Made by a program: the position numbers and the translations under genes
In this document: positions 49,334 to 58,836 of the stretch, one piece after another
Numbering within the stretch: position 1 is the stretch's first letter
Layout of the letters: every line of letters starts with the position of its first letter
DNA from: a virus
Lineage: Duplodnaviria > Caudoviricetes
Direction: 5' to 3' (one strand)
Virus record (IMG/VR): IMGVR_UViG_3300043177_000122
Location: 32,001 to 96,000 of that record
DNA length: 64,000 bases
Notes under the pieces: generated by a model
Databases searched by the model: none
Told to the model about the DNA's origin: nothing
What the model saw: only the letters and a program-made list of their open reading frames with translations

Positions 49334-49559
49334 ATGTCATTGAAAAAATGAAAATGACGCACTTCGAAAACGTAGTGGTACAGTCAAAATCAATAGTAAG
49401 TTGGTAAGTTTCCTTTATGAAATAATGAGGGATCATTTGCCAACTGGTACAGTCGAAGAAATAGTTCGAGCATCAGAGCAAGAATCAGAAGTAATTTATA
49501 CTAATGGTTGGCTTGCACAATATGCTGAAGATTTAGCAAACCGCCTGAAAGATAAATAA
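49334..49559 (+). pseudogene. Hypothetical protein, frameshifted
   Basis: Extra A at 49343-49348; removal gives MSLKNENDALRKRSG... Confidence 0.55.
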
Positions 49560-49567
49560 GAGAAAAT

Positions 49568-51064
49568 ATGAGTTTACCTGTCATTAAGGACCAATCCGTT
49601 ATTGATCGTATTAAAGTTGTAGAGTCTGTCAAGGGATGGACTTTAAACTTTACTGACATTGTAAATAACAACAACAAGTTCTATAATCTTGAAGTTGTGA
49701 AATCGTCAGATAATAGTTTCTATCTGTATACTGTGTATGGAAGAGTTGGAGCTAGCGGTGCTAAAGAGTATCGCGCTTGTTCTTCTCTTGCTCAGGCAGA
49801 AAAAGAAGCTGAAAGCATTATCAAATCCAAGAACAAAAAGGGATATATTGAAGTTAAACTTGCTAAAGCAGATGTTGGGTCTGAACAAGGTAAAGAGAAA
49901 GTGGATATTTCTGTTACCGTTGAGTCTTTGAAAAAGGCTGGCGTTCAAGTAAAAGAGGAGCCGCAAGTTGCAAGCAAATTGCACCCCGAGGTTCAAGATC
50001 TAGTTCGTACTTGGTTCGGTGTTACACAAGAGTTCGTCGAGTTGAACTTGGATACTAAGAAGTGCCCGCTTGGTCAATTATCTCTTGATCAGATTGATAA
50101 AGCCAAACAGATTCTTGGTGAAGCAACCAAGATTGTTAATCTCAAGAAACCAGATGTTGATGAGCTTAACAGTTTGACTAGCCAATACTACTCTAACATT
50201 CCACACGTACTCCCACATAGAATTAATGCCGATCTTCTGCGCTTTGATGATATGGCAAAGATTACTAAAGCACAAGATATTCTTGATGTCTTTGCAGATG
50301 CTAAAAATGTTCAAGCAGTTATTTCCAAGAAAAGCGCTGTAGATTCACAGTACGCAACCTTAAACGCTGGACTTGAGTATGTAGAACCTACCGATCCAAC
50401 TTGGAAATGGCTTGAGGCAATGGTTCATGAAACCCGCGCTTCAAATCACTCTGGTTTAGGTAAGATTAAAGTTCATAAAATCTTCAAACTTGCTCGTAAT
50501 GATGAGCAAAAACATTTTCTTGAGACGGCTGGTAAGATTGCCAAAGAATGTGGAAATTGGAATCCCTCTCCAATCTACTCTAACTTGGTTAAGAGGCGCC
50601 CTGATGTTCCGAAGGAGTTACAAGAGCTTTATGCTAAAGCTAACATCCTTCCAGGTTGGCACGGCACTCGTAGAGCCAATATGATTGGTATTACTACTAA
50701 AGGGTTGTTGATTCGCCCATCTGGTGTTATCCATGCGGGGTCTATGTATGGTGATGGTATTTATTGGGCCGTTCATAGCACTAAGTCTATTAATTATTGT
50801 GATGTCAAAGGCTCTTACTGGGCTCAGGGTGCTAATAAAACCGCTTATCTCTTCTTAGGAGACGTAGCCTTCGGTAATCAAAAAATGGCTGGCGGATCCT
50901 ACATGTATACCAAGAAGAACATTGCTCCAAACCATTCGGTGTGGGCCAAGTCTGGTGGTTGCTCAGGTCTATACAACGATGAGCTGATTACATATACTGC
51001 ATCTGGTCATGGCCAACAGCATGTACTTCGTTATATCATCGAATTTGAAACGCAGGCTCGCTAA
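49568..51064 (+). CDS. Poly(ADP-ribose) polymerase-like protein: WGR, regulatory and catalytic domains
   Basis: FYNLEV...YGRVG (WGR); SKLHPEVQ...PLGQLS...YYSNIPH (PARP_reg); WHGT, GSMYGDGIYWA, YNDELITY (H-Y-E triad). Confidence 0.93.
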   Translation: MSLPVIKDQSVIDRIKVVESVKGWTLNFTDIVNNNNKFYNLEVVKSSDNSFYLYTVYGRVGASGAKEYRACSSLAQAEKEAESIIKSKNKKGYIEVKLAKADVGSEQGKEKVDISVTVESLKKAGVQVKEEPQVASKLHPEVQDLVRTWFGVTQEFVELNLDTKKCPLGQLSLDQIDKAKQILGEATKIVNLKKPDVDELNSLTSQYYSNIPHVLPHRINADLLRFDDMAKITKAQDILDVFADAKNVQAVISKKSAVDSQYATLNAGLEYVEPTDPTWKWLEAMVHETRASNHSGLGKIKVHKIFKLARNDEQKHFLETAGKIAKECGNWNPSPIYSNLVKRRPDVPKELQELYAKANILPGWHGTRRANMIGITTKGLLIRPSGVIHAGSMYGDGIYWAVHSTKSINYCDVKGSYWAQGANKTAYLFLGDVAFGNQKMAGGSYMYTKKNIAPNHSVWAKSGGCSGLYNDELITYTASGHGQQHVLRYIIEFETQAR

Positions 51065-51535
51065 ATGAATATTTTTGTGTTAGATACAAATGTAAAACTA
51101 GCCGCCCAGGCTCATGTTGACAAGCATTGCGTCAAAATGATTTTAGAAACAACGCAGCTACTTAATAATGCGTTGATTGTTGGATCCCCTGGTTATCAAC
51201 CGGTGTATAAACAAACACACAAAAATCATCCATGTAGTATTTGGACAACTGAGTCTGTTGATAATTTTAATTGGCTAAATAATCTTGGGCTAGCTCTTTG
51301 TGAAGAATATACGTTTAGATACAGCAAAACACATAAATGTCAGCCAATCCTAGAGCAATTTTCTTCTCTTATCGGCACATTAACTTTGCCCAAAATTGGC
51401 ATGACTCAATTTCAACTTTGTATGCCAGACCAATACAAAGTTGATGATCCTGTAGAATCATATCGTAATTACTATCGTGGTGATAAGGCATACATTGCAA
51501 AGTGGTCTAAACGCGAAAAACCTACTTGGTGGTAA
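51065..51535 (+). CDS. Pyrimidine dimer DNA glycosylase (DenV-like family)
   Basis: MNIFVLD, HVDKHCVKMILE, THKNHPCSIW, YRNYY..DK. Confidence 0.85.
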   Translation: MNIFVLDTNVKLAAQAHVDKHCVKMILETTQLLNNALIVGSPGYQPVYKQTHKNHPCSIWTTESVDNFNWLNNLGLALCEEYTFRYSKTHKCQPILEQFSSLIGTLTLPKIGMTQFQLCMPDQYKVDDPVESYRNYYRGDKAYIAKWSKREKPTWW

Positions 51536-51559
51536 AATATATTACGTTGAATATCAAGT

Positions 51560-51783
51560 TTATAGAATATGATTCCAAGTAATTTTTCTAACGGCTCGTG
51601 AAATTGCTGACTCGCTCACATTATTATCAAAACCATATTTTCTAATGCTTTGATAAAGAGGTTTTTGTTTAGTTTTGTAAAAGCTTCATACTTATGACGA
51701 CTCCATCATCTTTTAAGATTATTGGTTTGCCCAACATAAAGCTTTGAATTAATATTATTGCGAATAATATAGATGTAATACAT
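51560..51783 (-). pseudogene. GIY-YIG endonuclease remnant
   Basis: RBS AGGAG, MYYIYIIRN...LYVGQTNNLKR*WSRH, then a frameshift/deletion to ...SESAISRAVRKITWNHIL*. Confidence 0.75.
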
Positions 51784-51804
51784 GCCTACTCCTATATTAC
51801 ATTA

Positions 51805-52317
51805 TTGATAGGGTGTGGTGGTGCAGGTGATGTTTTGATTGAAATAATTACAGGCGATTTTTTGGAAGCCAAAGAAAAATATATTGTACACCAGACTAAC
51901 TGTATCTCTACTAATGGGGCAGCCGGGATTGCGAAGGATATTTTCGATAAATATCCTTATGCAGACTGTTACGTATCTCGCACCGAACCAAGTAAGCCCG
52001 GTACAATTGATATCCGTGGCAACGGATTAGATCAAAGATTGATTGTTAATCTTTACGGTCAGGTTTATCCTGGGCGATGCAGATACCCACTTTCAAGTTT
52101 AGATGGACTGGTAGCTCGTGAGAAATACTTTTACCACGGGTTACTACGTCTGGCCAAGATTGAGGGGCTGGAAAGTATAGCATTGCCGTGGAGGGTGGGG
52201 TGTGGGATCGCTGGTGGGAACTGGGAACATTATCTTGGAACAATTAATAATTTCGCTCAATATGTTAAGGAAAAGGGCGTTGATGTTCGCATCTATCGTC
52301 GTTCAGGAGACGAATAA
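51805..52317 (+). CDS. Macrodomain protein (TARG1/DarG/Poa1p-like class)
   Basis: IITGD, HQTNC...GAAGIAKDIF..YP, PGTI, VNLYGQ, GCGIAGGNW. Confidence 0.88.
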   Translation: MIGCGGAGDVLIEIITGDFLEAKEKYIVHQTNCISTNGAAGIAKDIFDKYPYADCYVSRTEPSKPGTIDIRGNGLDQRLIVNLYGQVYPGRCRYPLSSLDGLVAREKYFYHGLLRLAKIEGLESIALPWRVGCGIAGGNWEHYLGTINNFAQYVKEKGVDVRIYRRSGDE

Positions 52318-52666
52318 TGTCTGATGAAAAGAAAAAGTCTTATCTAGACTATGATTTCAAAAATCAAGAAGCTCCATATCAAGCGGCCAAGACAAATATT
52401 CAATCTGAGATCGATGAGATTCACAAGGCCACTAAAGCTAATGGTACTCGTCTTCTTGAACAAAAAGTTACTATGCGCCCGGATTGGGATCTCAGATTTT
52501 GTTTAAATCTTTGATGACAGGCAGAAAATATCGTATGTTCATTTCTGATTTTCATGACATGATGCTTACAAAAAAGATGCAAGATAATGTTATTGAAGGC
52601 GAATTTACCTTTGTTAAAAAGGGCAGAGTGCAGGGATTTAGAATGATCCTGCCGCCCGCACCTTGA
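52317..52666 (+). pseudogene. Hypothetical protein, frameshifted
   Basis: Adding one G near 52486-52488 gives ...RPDW-GSQILFKSL. Confidence 0.55.
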
Positions 52667-52726
52667 CTTTAATTATTGAAAATACAGATTTAGTTATTAG
52701 CCGCGTAGCGGTGTAAGGAGAAACAA

Positions 52727-53161
52727 ATGTCTAATTTGGAAGATACAGTTCGTTCGGTTGTGCAGGATTTCATTAATCGTGAAGTTCTTTTCACGGCATT
52801 GGATGTTAGCAATTCGGTCAAGCAGAGCTTGCCCCAAGTTCGTCATCGTGAAGTGAGGGATGTTGTTCGTAGCATTTTCTCTACTGAGATTGAGACTCAA
52901 GGTTGGGCTCGTACGCCTATTACCGTAACCTTAGGTGATGGTACTGCGGCCGAAGCCCTCTTGTATCACCCATTAACTGACTCTTGGGATTTGGATAACA
53001 AATATAATACTCAGCAACGTCAAGCGGTCCCAGTCCGCCCAGTGCAGCAAGCTCAGGCTACAATCGCCGCACCCGCTCCTGTTGCAGTTCCTCTTCCAAC
53101 CGCCCGCACACTTTGGGACAGTTTGTTTCAGACACAACCATCTCTTTTCCCCAAAAAGTGA
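52727..53161 (+). CDS. Hypothetical protein
   Basis: RBS AAGGAG; ORF track. Confidence 0.6.
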   Translation: MSNLEDTVRSVVQDFINREVLFTALDVSNSVKQSLPQVRHREVRDVVRSIFSTEIETQGWARTPITVTLGDGTAAEALLYHPLTDSWDLDNKYNTQQRQAVPVRPVQQAQATIAAPAPVAVPLPTARTLWDSLFQTQPSLFPKK

Positions 53162-53164
53162 TTT

Positions 53165-53970
53165 ATGCAGCGCAATATAATTCTGTATCGAGGCATTGAC
53201 TTCGAAAAGGAAGAGTTGAGCGAAGCACACCAATTCTTTGAATGTACTAGACGCCGCCCAGATATTCGAAAGGACGATCTAGTTATTGGCAGGTATTCGC
53301 TTTTACCTTTCTATTTGGAACGGGCCAAAGACATTCAGTATGTAGGTGCAAAGCTGATTAACGATTATCAGCAGCATCGCTACATTGCTGACCTACAGAA
53401 CTATGTTGTTGATCTTTAAGAGTTGACTCCACGTATTTGGACGAGTCCTGCTGACTTGCCAGATAAAGGTCAATTCGTCCTAAAAAAGGCGAGACTAATT
53501 CTCGTAAGTCTAATTGGAAGCGAGATATGTTTGCGCCCGACAAAAAAGCTGCAATTGAGGTCTATTCTAGATTAATGGACGATAGTTTAATCTGACAGCA
53601 GAATATTTACATCCGCCGGTATGAACCTATGGTAACATACCTAGAAGGAGTTAATGGTATTCCGATTACCAAGGAGTTTAGATTTTTTATTTCCTATGGA
53701 CAAATTCTGAGTAGTGGTTACTATTGGGCTAACTATATTGATCAGTTGCCTGAAGTCCCATCTCCTGATGAAGTTCCTCGTGAATTTTTGCAAGAAGTTA
53801 TTGAGCGTGTTGGTAATCAATCTAACTTCTATACCATTGATGTAGGGCAATCAGTTTCTGGTAAATGGTTTGTAGTAGAATTGAATGATGGGCAACAAGC
53901 TGGGCTTTCATGCAATGATCCATTTACGCTATATAAGAATCTAGATAAAGCTATCAGAAATAAAAATTAA
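53165..53970 (+). pseudogene. ATP-grasp (R2K-like) pseudogene
   Basis: In-frame TAA (53417-53419), +2 frameshift in the A run near 53482-53487, in-frame TGA near 53593; motifs KGETNSRK, EFRFF, YTIDVG...VELNDGQQAG. Confidence 0.75.
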
Positions 53971-54572
53971 GTCTTAGTTTTATCATCAGGGCCGAGTTTA
54001 TTTTCTGGCCCTAGAAAGCTTCTTCTAGCCGCTGGTGGTGGTTCAGTTGGAGTTTCTGAGCCGGCACTTCCTGGTGGAACAATAAGAGGATGTTGAATCA
54101 TATAATCTTTTAGTTCAGTTGCTAACTGTTTCAAAGCATCAATACTACGAATCTGTGGATGCTGTAGTTGAGTACTGGTAACAAAATCTTCGTTAGTAAT
54201 TTTTAAATGGTGTTTAGCTAGAAAGTCTAAATTATCCAATATAATTTTAGTAGACCTATCAAAAACATACTGAACCAGCTTTTCAGCGGCCCTATAAGGT
54301 TTATCCTCTTGTATACTCTTGTTAATAGTAATTAGTTCTTGGTAAGTTTTTGCAAATAACGCGAACATTTTGTGGTCAAACTTACGCTCTTTGAGCATAT
54401 AAAGATTCCCGCCCATTTCATTAATAATAATGCGTAGTTGTCTAGTGAAATGGTCATAAAACTTAGAAAGTCTATTGCGCTGTTCTTGATACTGCTTATT
54501 GTTTGGAGAAGTGCCTTTATCAGCTAGAGTGACGAAATTTTCAGCCATTTCTAAGATTTTTTGGATAGACAT
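53967..54572 (-). CDS. Hypothetical protein with shared N-terminal helix (SIQKILEMAENFVTLA)
   Basis: ORF track; AATAA-N3-CATATA upstream on the minus strand (54589-54602). Confidence 0.6.
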   Translation of the reverse strand: MSIQKILEMAENFVTLADKGTSPNNKQYQEQRNRLSKFYDHFTRQLRIIINEMGGNLYMLKERKFDHKMFALFAKTYQELITINKSIQEDKPYRAAEKLVQYVFDRSTKIILDNLDFLAKHHLKITNEDFVTSTQLQHPQIRSIDALKQLATELKDYMIQHPLIVPPGSAGSETPTEPPPAARRSFLGPENKLGPDDKTKT

Positions 54573-54591
54573 TTAGTTACCTAATAGTTAT

Positions 54592-55422
54592 ATGAAATTA
54601 TTCAATACTATTCAAGAGCTGTGGGATTATTGCAGGTATTGTCCCATTTGTACAAGAAATTGTCGCGAGGTAATGGTTTCTGTAGGGCCAGACTTTTCTT
54701 TCATTCTAATTTCTCATTCTAAAAAAGATACAAATTTAGTTTTACAATGTATGTATAAAAGAAAGGGTGACATCTATAACGTTGACTATCAAATTAACTG
54801 TATAGATAATACCTTTCATATTACAGAGCCTAAAGTGGTTCAATTGGCAACTGAACTTGCCAAGCCAGAAAAAGTTAAAGAAGCCTATTTCTATTTCTTT
54901 ATTGAGGGTTTGTGTAATGAGTGTAATAGCTCGTCCACAAATAGTCAAGATTTAGAATTTGATTTGGAGGGCGGAACGATTTCTAATATGGGTCTAGAGC
55001 GTGAGAATTTTTATCTCTTTGAGACAGAAGAAAAATTCCATATCACTTCCATTCACGACCGCAATATAATGCTGGTCAGCCGCCTCTATCAAAACGGGGA
55101 AATTAGCTTCTCTGAGAGCAAGACGATAGAATTACCTATAGTTAAACTTGATCTTTCTGATCAAGCAAAAACTGTTAACAAGCTTAAAACTTTAATTCTG
55201 TTTAGTTGAAAGGAAATCATGTCTACTTTCAGTGATGCAAATCAGGTGCGCCTTTTGTTAAAAATGAAACTATCTGTGTACGCATGGTATAGCTCCAGTA
55301 CAGTCGTTTCTATAGACGATGGTTTTGGTGTTGTTATTGGCGTTAAGCAGATGGATAATTCTATTCGGAAACTAATCCCTCCGGTTGTCAATGACATTTC
55401 TGTGAAGGCAGAAGTAGAATGA
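54592..55422 (+). CDS. Two hypothetical proteins (54592..55209 with Cys pairs; 55219..55422)
   Basis: ORF track. Confidence 0.55.
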
Positions 55423-55462
55423 AAATCAAACGTATTTCAGATCAATTTGTTAGGAATTTAAG

Positions 55463-56134
55463 ATGCGACTTTGCCATATTAGCGATACTCACGGCAAATT
55501 TCCTTGTCTCTATGGGCGATATGATGCCGTTATCCATACGGGAGATCTATTCCCAAACAGCAATGCTGTAATGGTCGGTGATCGTAATGCAGAAATGTCG
55601 TACCAACTCAAATGGCTGCGTAATAGTATGGAAGAAATAAAGTCCTGGCTGCAAGACCATCCATTTTTGTATGTTCCTGGTAACCATGACTTTTTACCCT
55701 CCAGTCTAATGGAATTTGAAATGCGTAGCGCTGGACTAGAAGCTTTTGATTTAACAGACAAAACGCTTATGTTCAAAGGTGTAAATTTCTATGGTTTTCC
55801 ATACGTACCATATATTTCTGGTATGTGGAATTACGAGCGCCATTTTCCCGAAATGCAAAAAGAAGTTGACAAAATGGTAACAGTAATCAATAAGGAATTT
55901 GTTGATGTTATTGCTTGTCATGCTCCGCCCTATAAACAGCTTGACCTAACCATGGGTAATAAGGTTGTAGGTTGCCAGACAATGGCTACGGCGCTAGACT
56001 ATAAGATCAGCAAAGATATGATGCCTTCATATTTCTTGTGTGGTCATATCCATGAAGCTAATGGAATGTCTGTTCGCAATGGAATGATGATTAGCAATGC
56101 GGCGACCACGCGACATATTATAGAAATAATATAG
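55463..56134 (+). CDS. Calcineurin-like metallophosphoesterase
   Basis: ISDTHG, HTGD, PGNHD, CHAPP, GHIHE. Confidence 0.9.
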   Translation: MRLCHISDTHGKFPCLYGRYDAVIHTGDLFPNSNAVMVGDRNAEMSYQLKWLRNSMEEIKSWLQDHPFLYVPGNHDFLPSSLMEFEMRSAGLEAFDLTDKTLMFKGVNFYGFPYVPYISGMWNYERHFPEMQKEVDKMVTVINKEFVDVIACHAPPYKQLDLTMGNKVVGCQTMATALDYKISKDMMPSYFLCGHIHEANGMSVRNGMMISNAATTRHIIEII

Positions 56135-56999
56135 TAATAAAAGGTTGAATGTACAGTTTACGCTATGAATGCCAAGGAAGCTCGCAAAAAACTTACCTCT
56201 TCTAAACCCTGGAATAAGACAAATACAGAAGATGAAATTTCAAGAATTGAACTTGATAATTGGAAAATCCTTGTTTCTCCTAAGGAGATATCATGAAGGT
56301 CAAACCTAAAGAAGTAATGGTGAATCTCCCGGTGGCTCTTCTATTTGATGAGCCCTGGGAGATCATCTCCTTTGCCGCTAATATCAACACAATTCTACAC
56401 GGCAAAGTCAAATTGAAAGTTGAAGAGCTGGGTACACTTGGTGGAAGGCATGTTGGTATTTTCTACCTTGATCGTAATGGTGAGTATCATCAGATTCGTG
56501 ATGAATTCGTTCGTTTGATTGAGCAAGAAGAGATTGTGAATCATTCACCTCCAGCTTTAAGTGAAGAGGATCGGATTGCTGAACAATATGATGAGAATTT
56601 TGGTGACAATAAGCTTTGTTTATGTGGTCACCCTTATTATCGTCATTTTGACACTTATGATCATATGTCAGCTATAGGTTGTAAGTATTGTTACAAATAT
56701 ACTGACAGGCACGTCCTTGATAAAGAGTGCCCATACTTTAAAGAGCAGAAAGATTCTACGGCAGATAAACATCCAAGAGAAGAAGACAAATATGCTCATG
56801 GTCTGTGCCCAGATTGTGATGAGTATTCTATGCTCCATCAAAAAGGAGAAGACCATTGCCGATGCGGTAGCGAAATAAATAATGGCGTTTGTGAGGTTTT
56901 AAGGAAGCAATATGCGTAAACATCAAGTTACTTTTTATAGTCCTGGAACTTTTGTATCTGAAGCGACCACTCGCGATATCGATAGCTGGGATACCACAC

Positions 57000-57407
57000 C
57001 CAACTTATCTTCATGTCTGCCGTCAAATTGACCAAACCCTTAAAGACCTAAAGCCATAGAAAGTAATCTCGGGCATGGCTTTAGGAGTGGACCAATGGGC
57101 AGCTAACATTGCATATAAGCTGGGCATCCCTTTTATTGCCGCTGTGCCTTTTGAGGGCCAGGAGAAGGCGTGGCCCGAGCAATCCCAGAAAGTATTTAAT
57201 ATATTGATTGGAAAGGTCGCAGAGGTGGTTATCGTCAGCCCCGGAGGTTACACTGCTTACAAGATGCAAGTTCGTAACGAGTGGATGGTTGACAGGGCGG
57301 ATAAGGTCATTGCTATTTGGGATGGAACGCCCGGTGGAACTGGCAATTGTGTAAATTACGCCAAGTCTAAAAATAAGGAAATTATTTTTATTAACCCGCG
57401 CGGTTGA
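57000..57407 (+). pseudogene. YspA/SLOG-family protein, 5'-truncated, with an in-frame TAG
   Basis: KP*KVISGMALGVDQWAA, AVPF.GQE, RNEWMVD, GGTGNCVNYA; joined by an apparent deletion to ORF start 56912. Confidence 0.75.
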
Positions 57408-57469
57408 CCCGACGAAAAACTGTGTTACATTGGGCAACTCTAGCAATAAAGATATATAGTAACACTATT

Positions 57470-57555
57470 GCCGAAGTGGTGGAATGGCAGACACAGAAGT
57501 CTCAAAAACTTCCGGGCGCAAGCCCATGTGGGTTCGACTCCCACCGTTGGCACCA
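57470..57555 (+). tRNA. tRNA-Leu(CAA)
   Basis: Cloverleaf, long variable arm, CCA. Confidence 0.93.
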
Positions 57556-57585
57556 ATTCATTTCTAATTTTGATTAAATAATATC

Positions 57586-58047
57586 ATGAATCTAAAGAAT
57601 TTGTTGACCTTGACAATTCGCACCATGGATTTTAACTTGGTTGCGCAACAGCCAGAGCTTTTAGCAAAATTACGGAAACTTACACTAGATCCCTCTTCTG
57701 GAATGAATCATGAGTTGGATCGAATGTTAGAAGATGTAAAAACCCGTTCTGTTAATTGTACAGTTATTTTGGCTTATCGATTTAGTACATTAGTAGGTTG
57801 GAGCATTCTTTCTAAGGAAAATACCACCTACCATTTCTCGCGTGCTCCTGATGGATTTAATGCCGAACATGGTGTTATGTTTCAAGTCTTCGTAGACCCA
57901 GAGTACCGGCGCCAAGGTATTGCAACGGAACTTTATAAAAAGGCTCAGGCACTAGCAAAAACGGAATTGATCTATGTTTGCCCATGGGATACAAGAAGTC
58001 GTTTTTTCTATGAAAAATTCCCTGATGTCAAAACTAAATGGATGTAA
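57586..58047 (+). CDS. GNAT acetyltransferase
   Basis: VFVDPEYRRQGIATELY. Confidence 0.85.
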   Translation: MNLKNLLTLTIRTMDFNLVAQQPELLAKLRKLTLDPSSGMNHELDRMLEDVKTRSVNCTVILAYRFSTLVGWSILSKENTTYHFSRAPDGFNAEHGVMFQVFVDPEYRRQGIATELYKKAQALAKTELIYVCPWDTRSRFFYEKFPDVKTKWM

Positions 58048-58082
58048 TATCTAGTAATAATAGGTTATATACAGTACACGAT

Positions 58083-58166
58083 GCGGATATGGTGGAACGG
58101 CAGACACAGCAGTCTTAGAAGCTGCCGCCGAAAGGCGTGAGAGTTCAAGTCTCTCTATCCGCACCA
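58083..58166 (+). tRNA. tRNA-Leu(TAG)
   Basis: Cloverleaf, CCA. Confidence 0.95.
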
Positions 58167-58195
58167 AAGTAAGATGAAGTATTCGAAAGTATTAC

Positions 58196-58282
58196 GTTCA
58201 TGTGGTGGAATGGCAGACACACCAGTCTCAGAAGCTGGCGTCCGTAAGGACATTGAGGGTTCGACTCCCTCCAGGAACACCA
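58196..58282 (+). tRNA. tRNA-Leu(CAG)
   Basis: Cloverleaf, CCA. Confidence 0.9.
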
Positions 58283-58285
58283 AAT

Positions 58286-58371
58286 GCGGTTGTGTCGTAA
58301 TGGCAGCCGAGCTAGAATGAGAGTCTAGTGCCCGAAAGGGCGTGTGGGTTCGAGTCCCACCAACCGCACCA
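58286..58371 (+). tRNA. tRNA-Leu(GAG)
   Basis: Cloverleaf, CCA. Confidence 0.93.
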
Positions 58372-58440
58372 GTGATTAAATATTCTAAAGAGTTATTAGA
58401 AACTGCATCTCAAGCAGATGCTACTTAATCGTGAGAAGAT

Positions 58441-58836
58441 TTAAGAATATTTCTTAAGTAGTGAGTCAGTAACTTCAACACAAGCCTTCTTGGATTTCTT
58501 TTCAGATTTTCCAATACTTGGATACTTAGAATGAACTTTACGGCTGACTAAGTCCTGCAAACCTTTGAGACTTCCTGAGTACCAGGGTGGAGCAGAACTA
58601 TACTGATGGACGCGGGCCAAAGCATTACGTGCTTGATCTTCGTCATTAATTGGGAAATGGTCCTTCTTATCCTTAGCAGACTCAGCGGGCACACAAACGG
58701 TGCCTCTATTACGCACCTTAGCTTTAGGATCAAGTTTCTTCTTGTCCTTCTTCTTAGCTTCAGTCATTAAAGAATTGATAGCTGTTTTTTCAAAAGCAAT
58801 TGCTTGCTCTAAAACCTGTTCGACGTTATTTATCAT
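58441..58836 (-). CDS. Small basic protein with shared N-terminal helix (VEQVLEQAIAFEKTA)
   Basis: HFPINDEDQARNALARV core; coupled to the upstream ORF. Confidence 0.6.
   Translation of the reverse strand: MINNVEQVLEQAIAFEKTAINSLMTEAKKKDKKKLDPKAKVRNRGTVCVPAESAKDKKDHFPINDEDQARNALARVHQYSSAPPWYSGSLKGLQDLVSRKVHSKYPSIGKSEKKSKKACVEVTDSLLKKYS

Noticed and set aside
9341-57059. Stop-codon reassignment (TAG=Gln or TGA=Trp), suggested by in-frame TAG at 9341 and 57057 and TGA at a conserved Trp in Thg1
   Set aside because: All three stop types occur as interruptions, long conserved genes have no internal stops, TGA and TAG end normal genes (often in ATGA overlaps), and no suppressor tRNA is in the window; random nonsense changes explain it better
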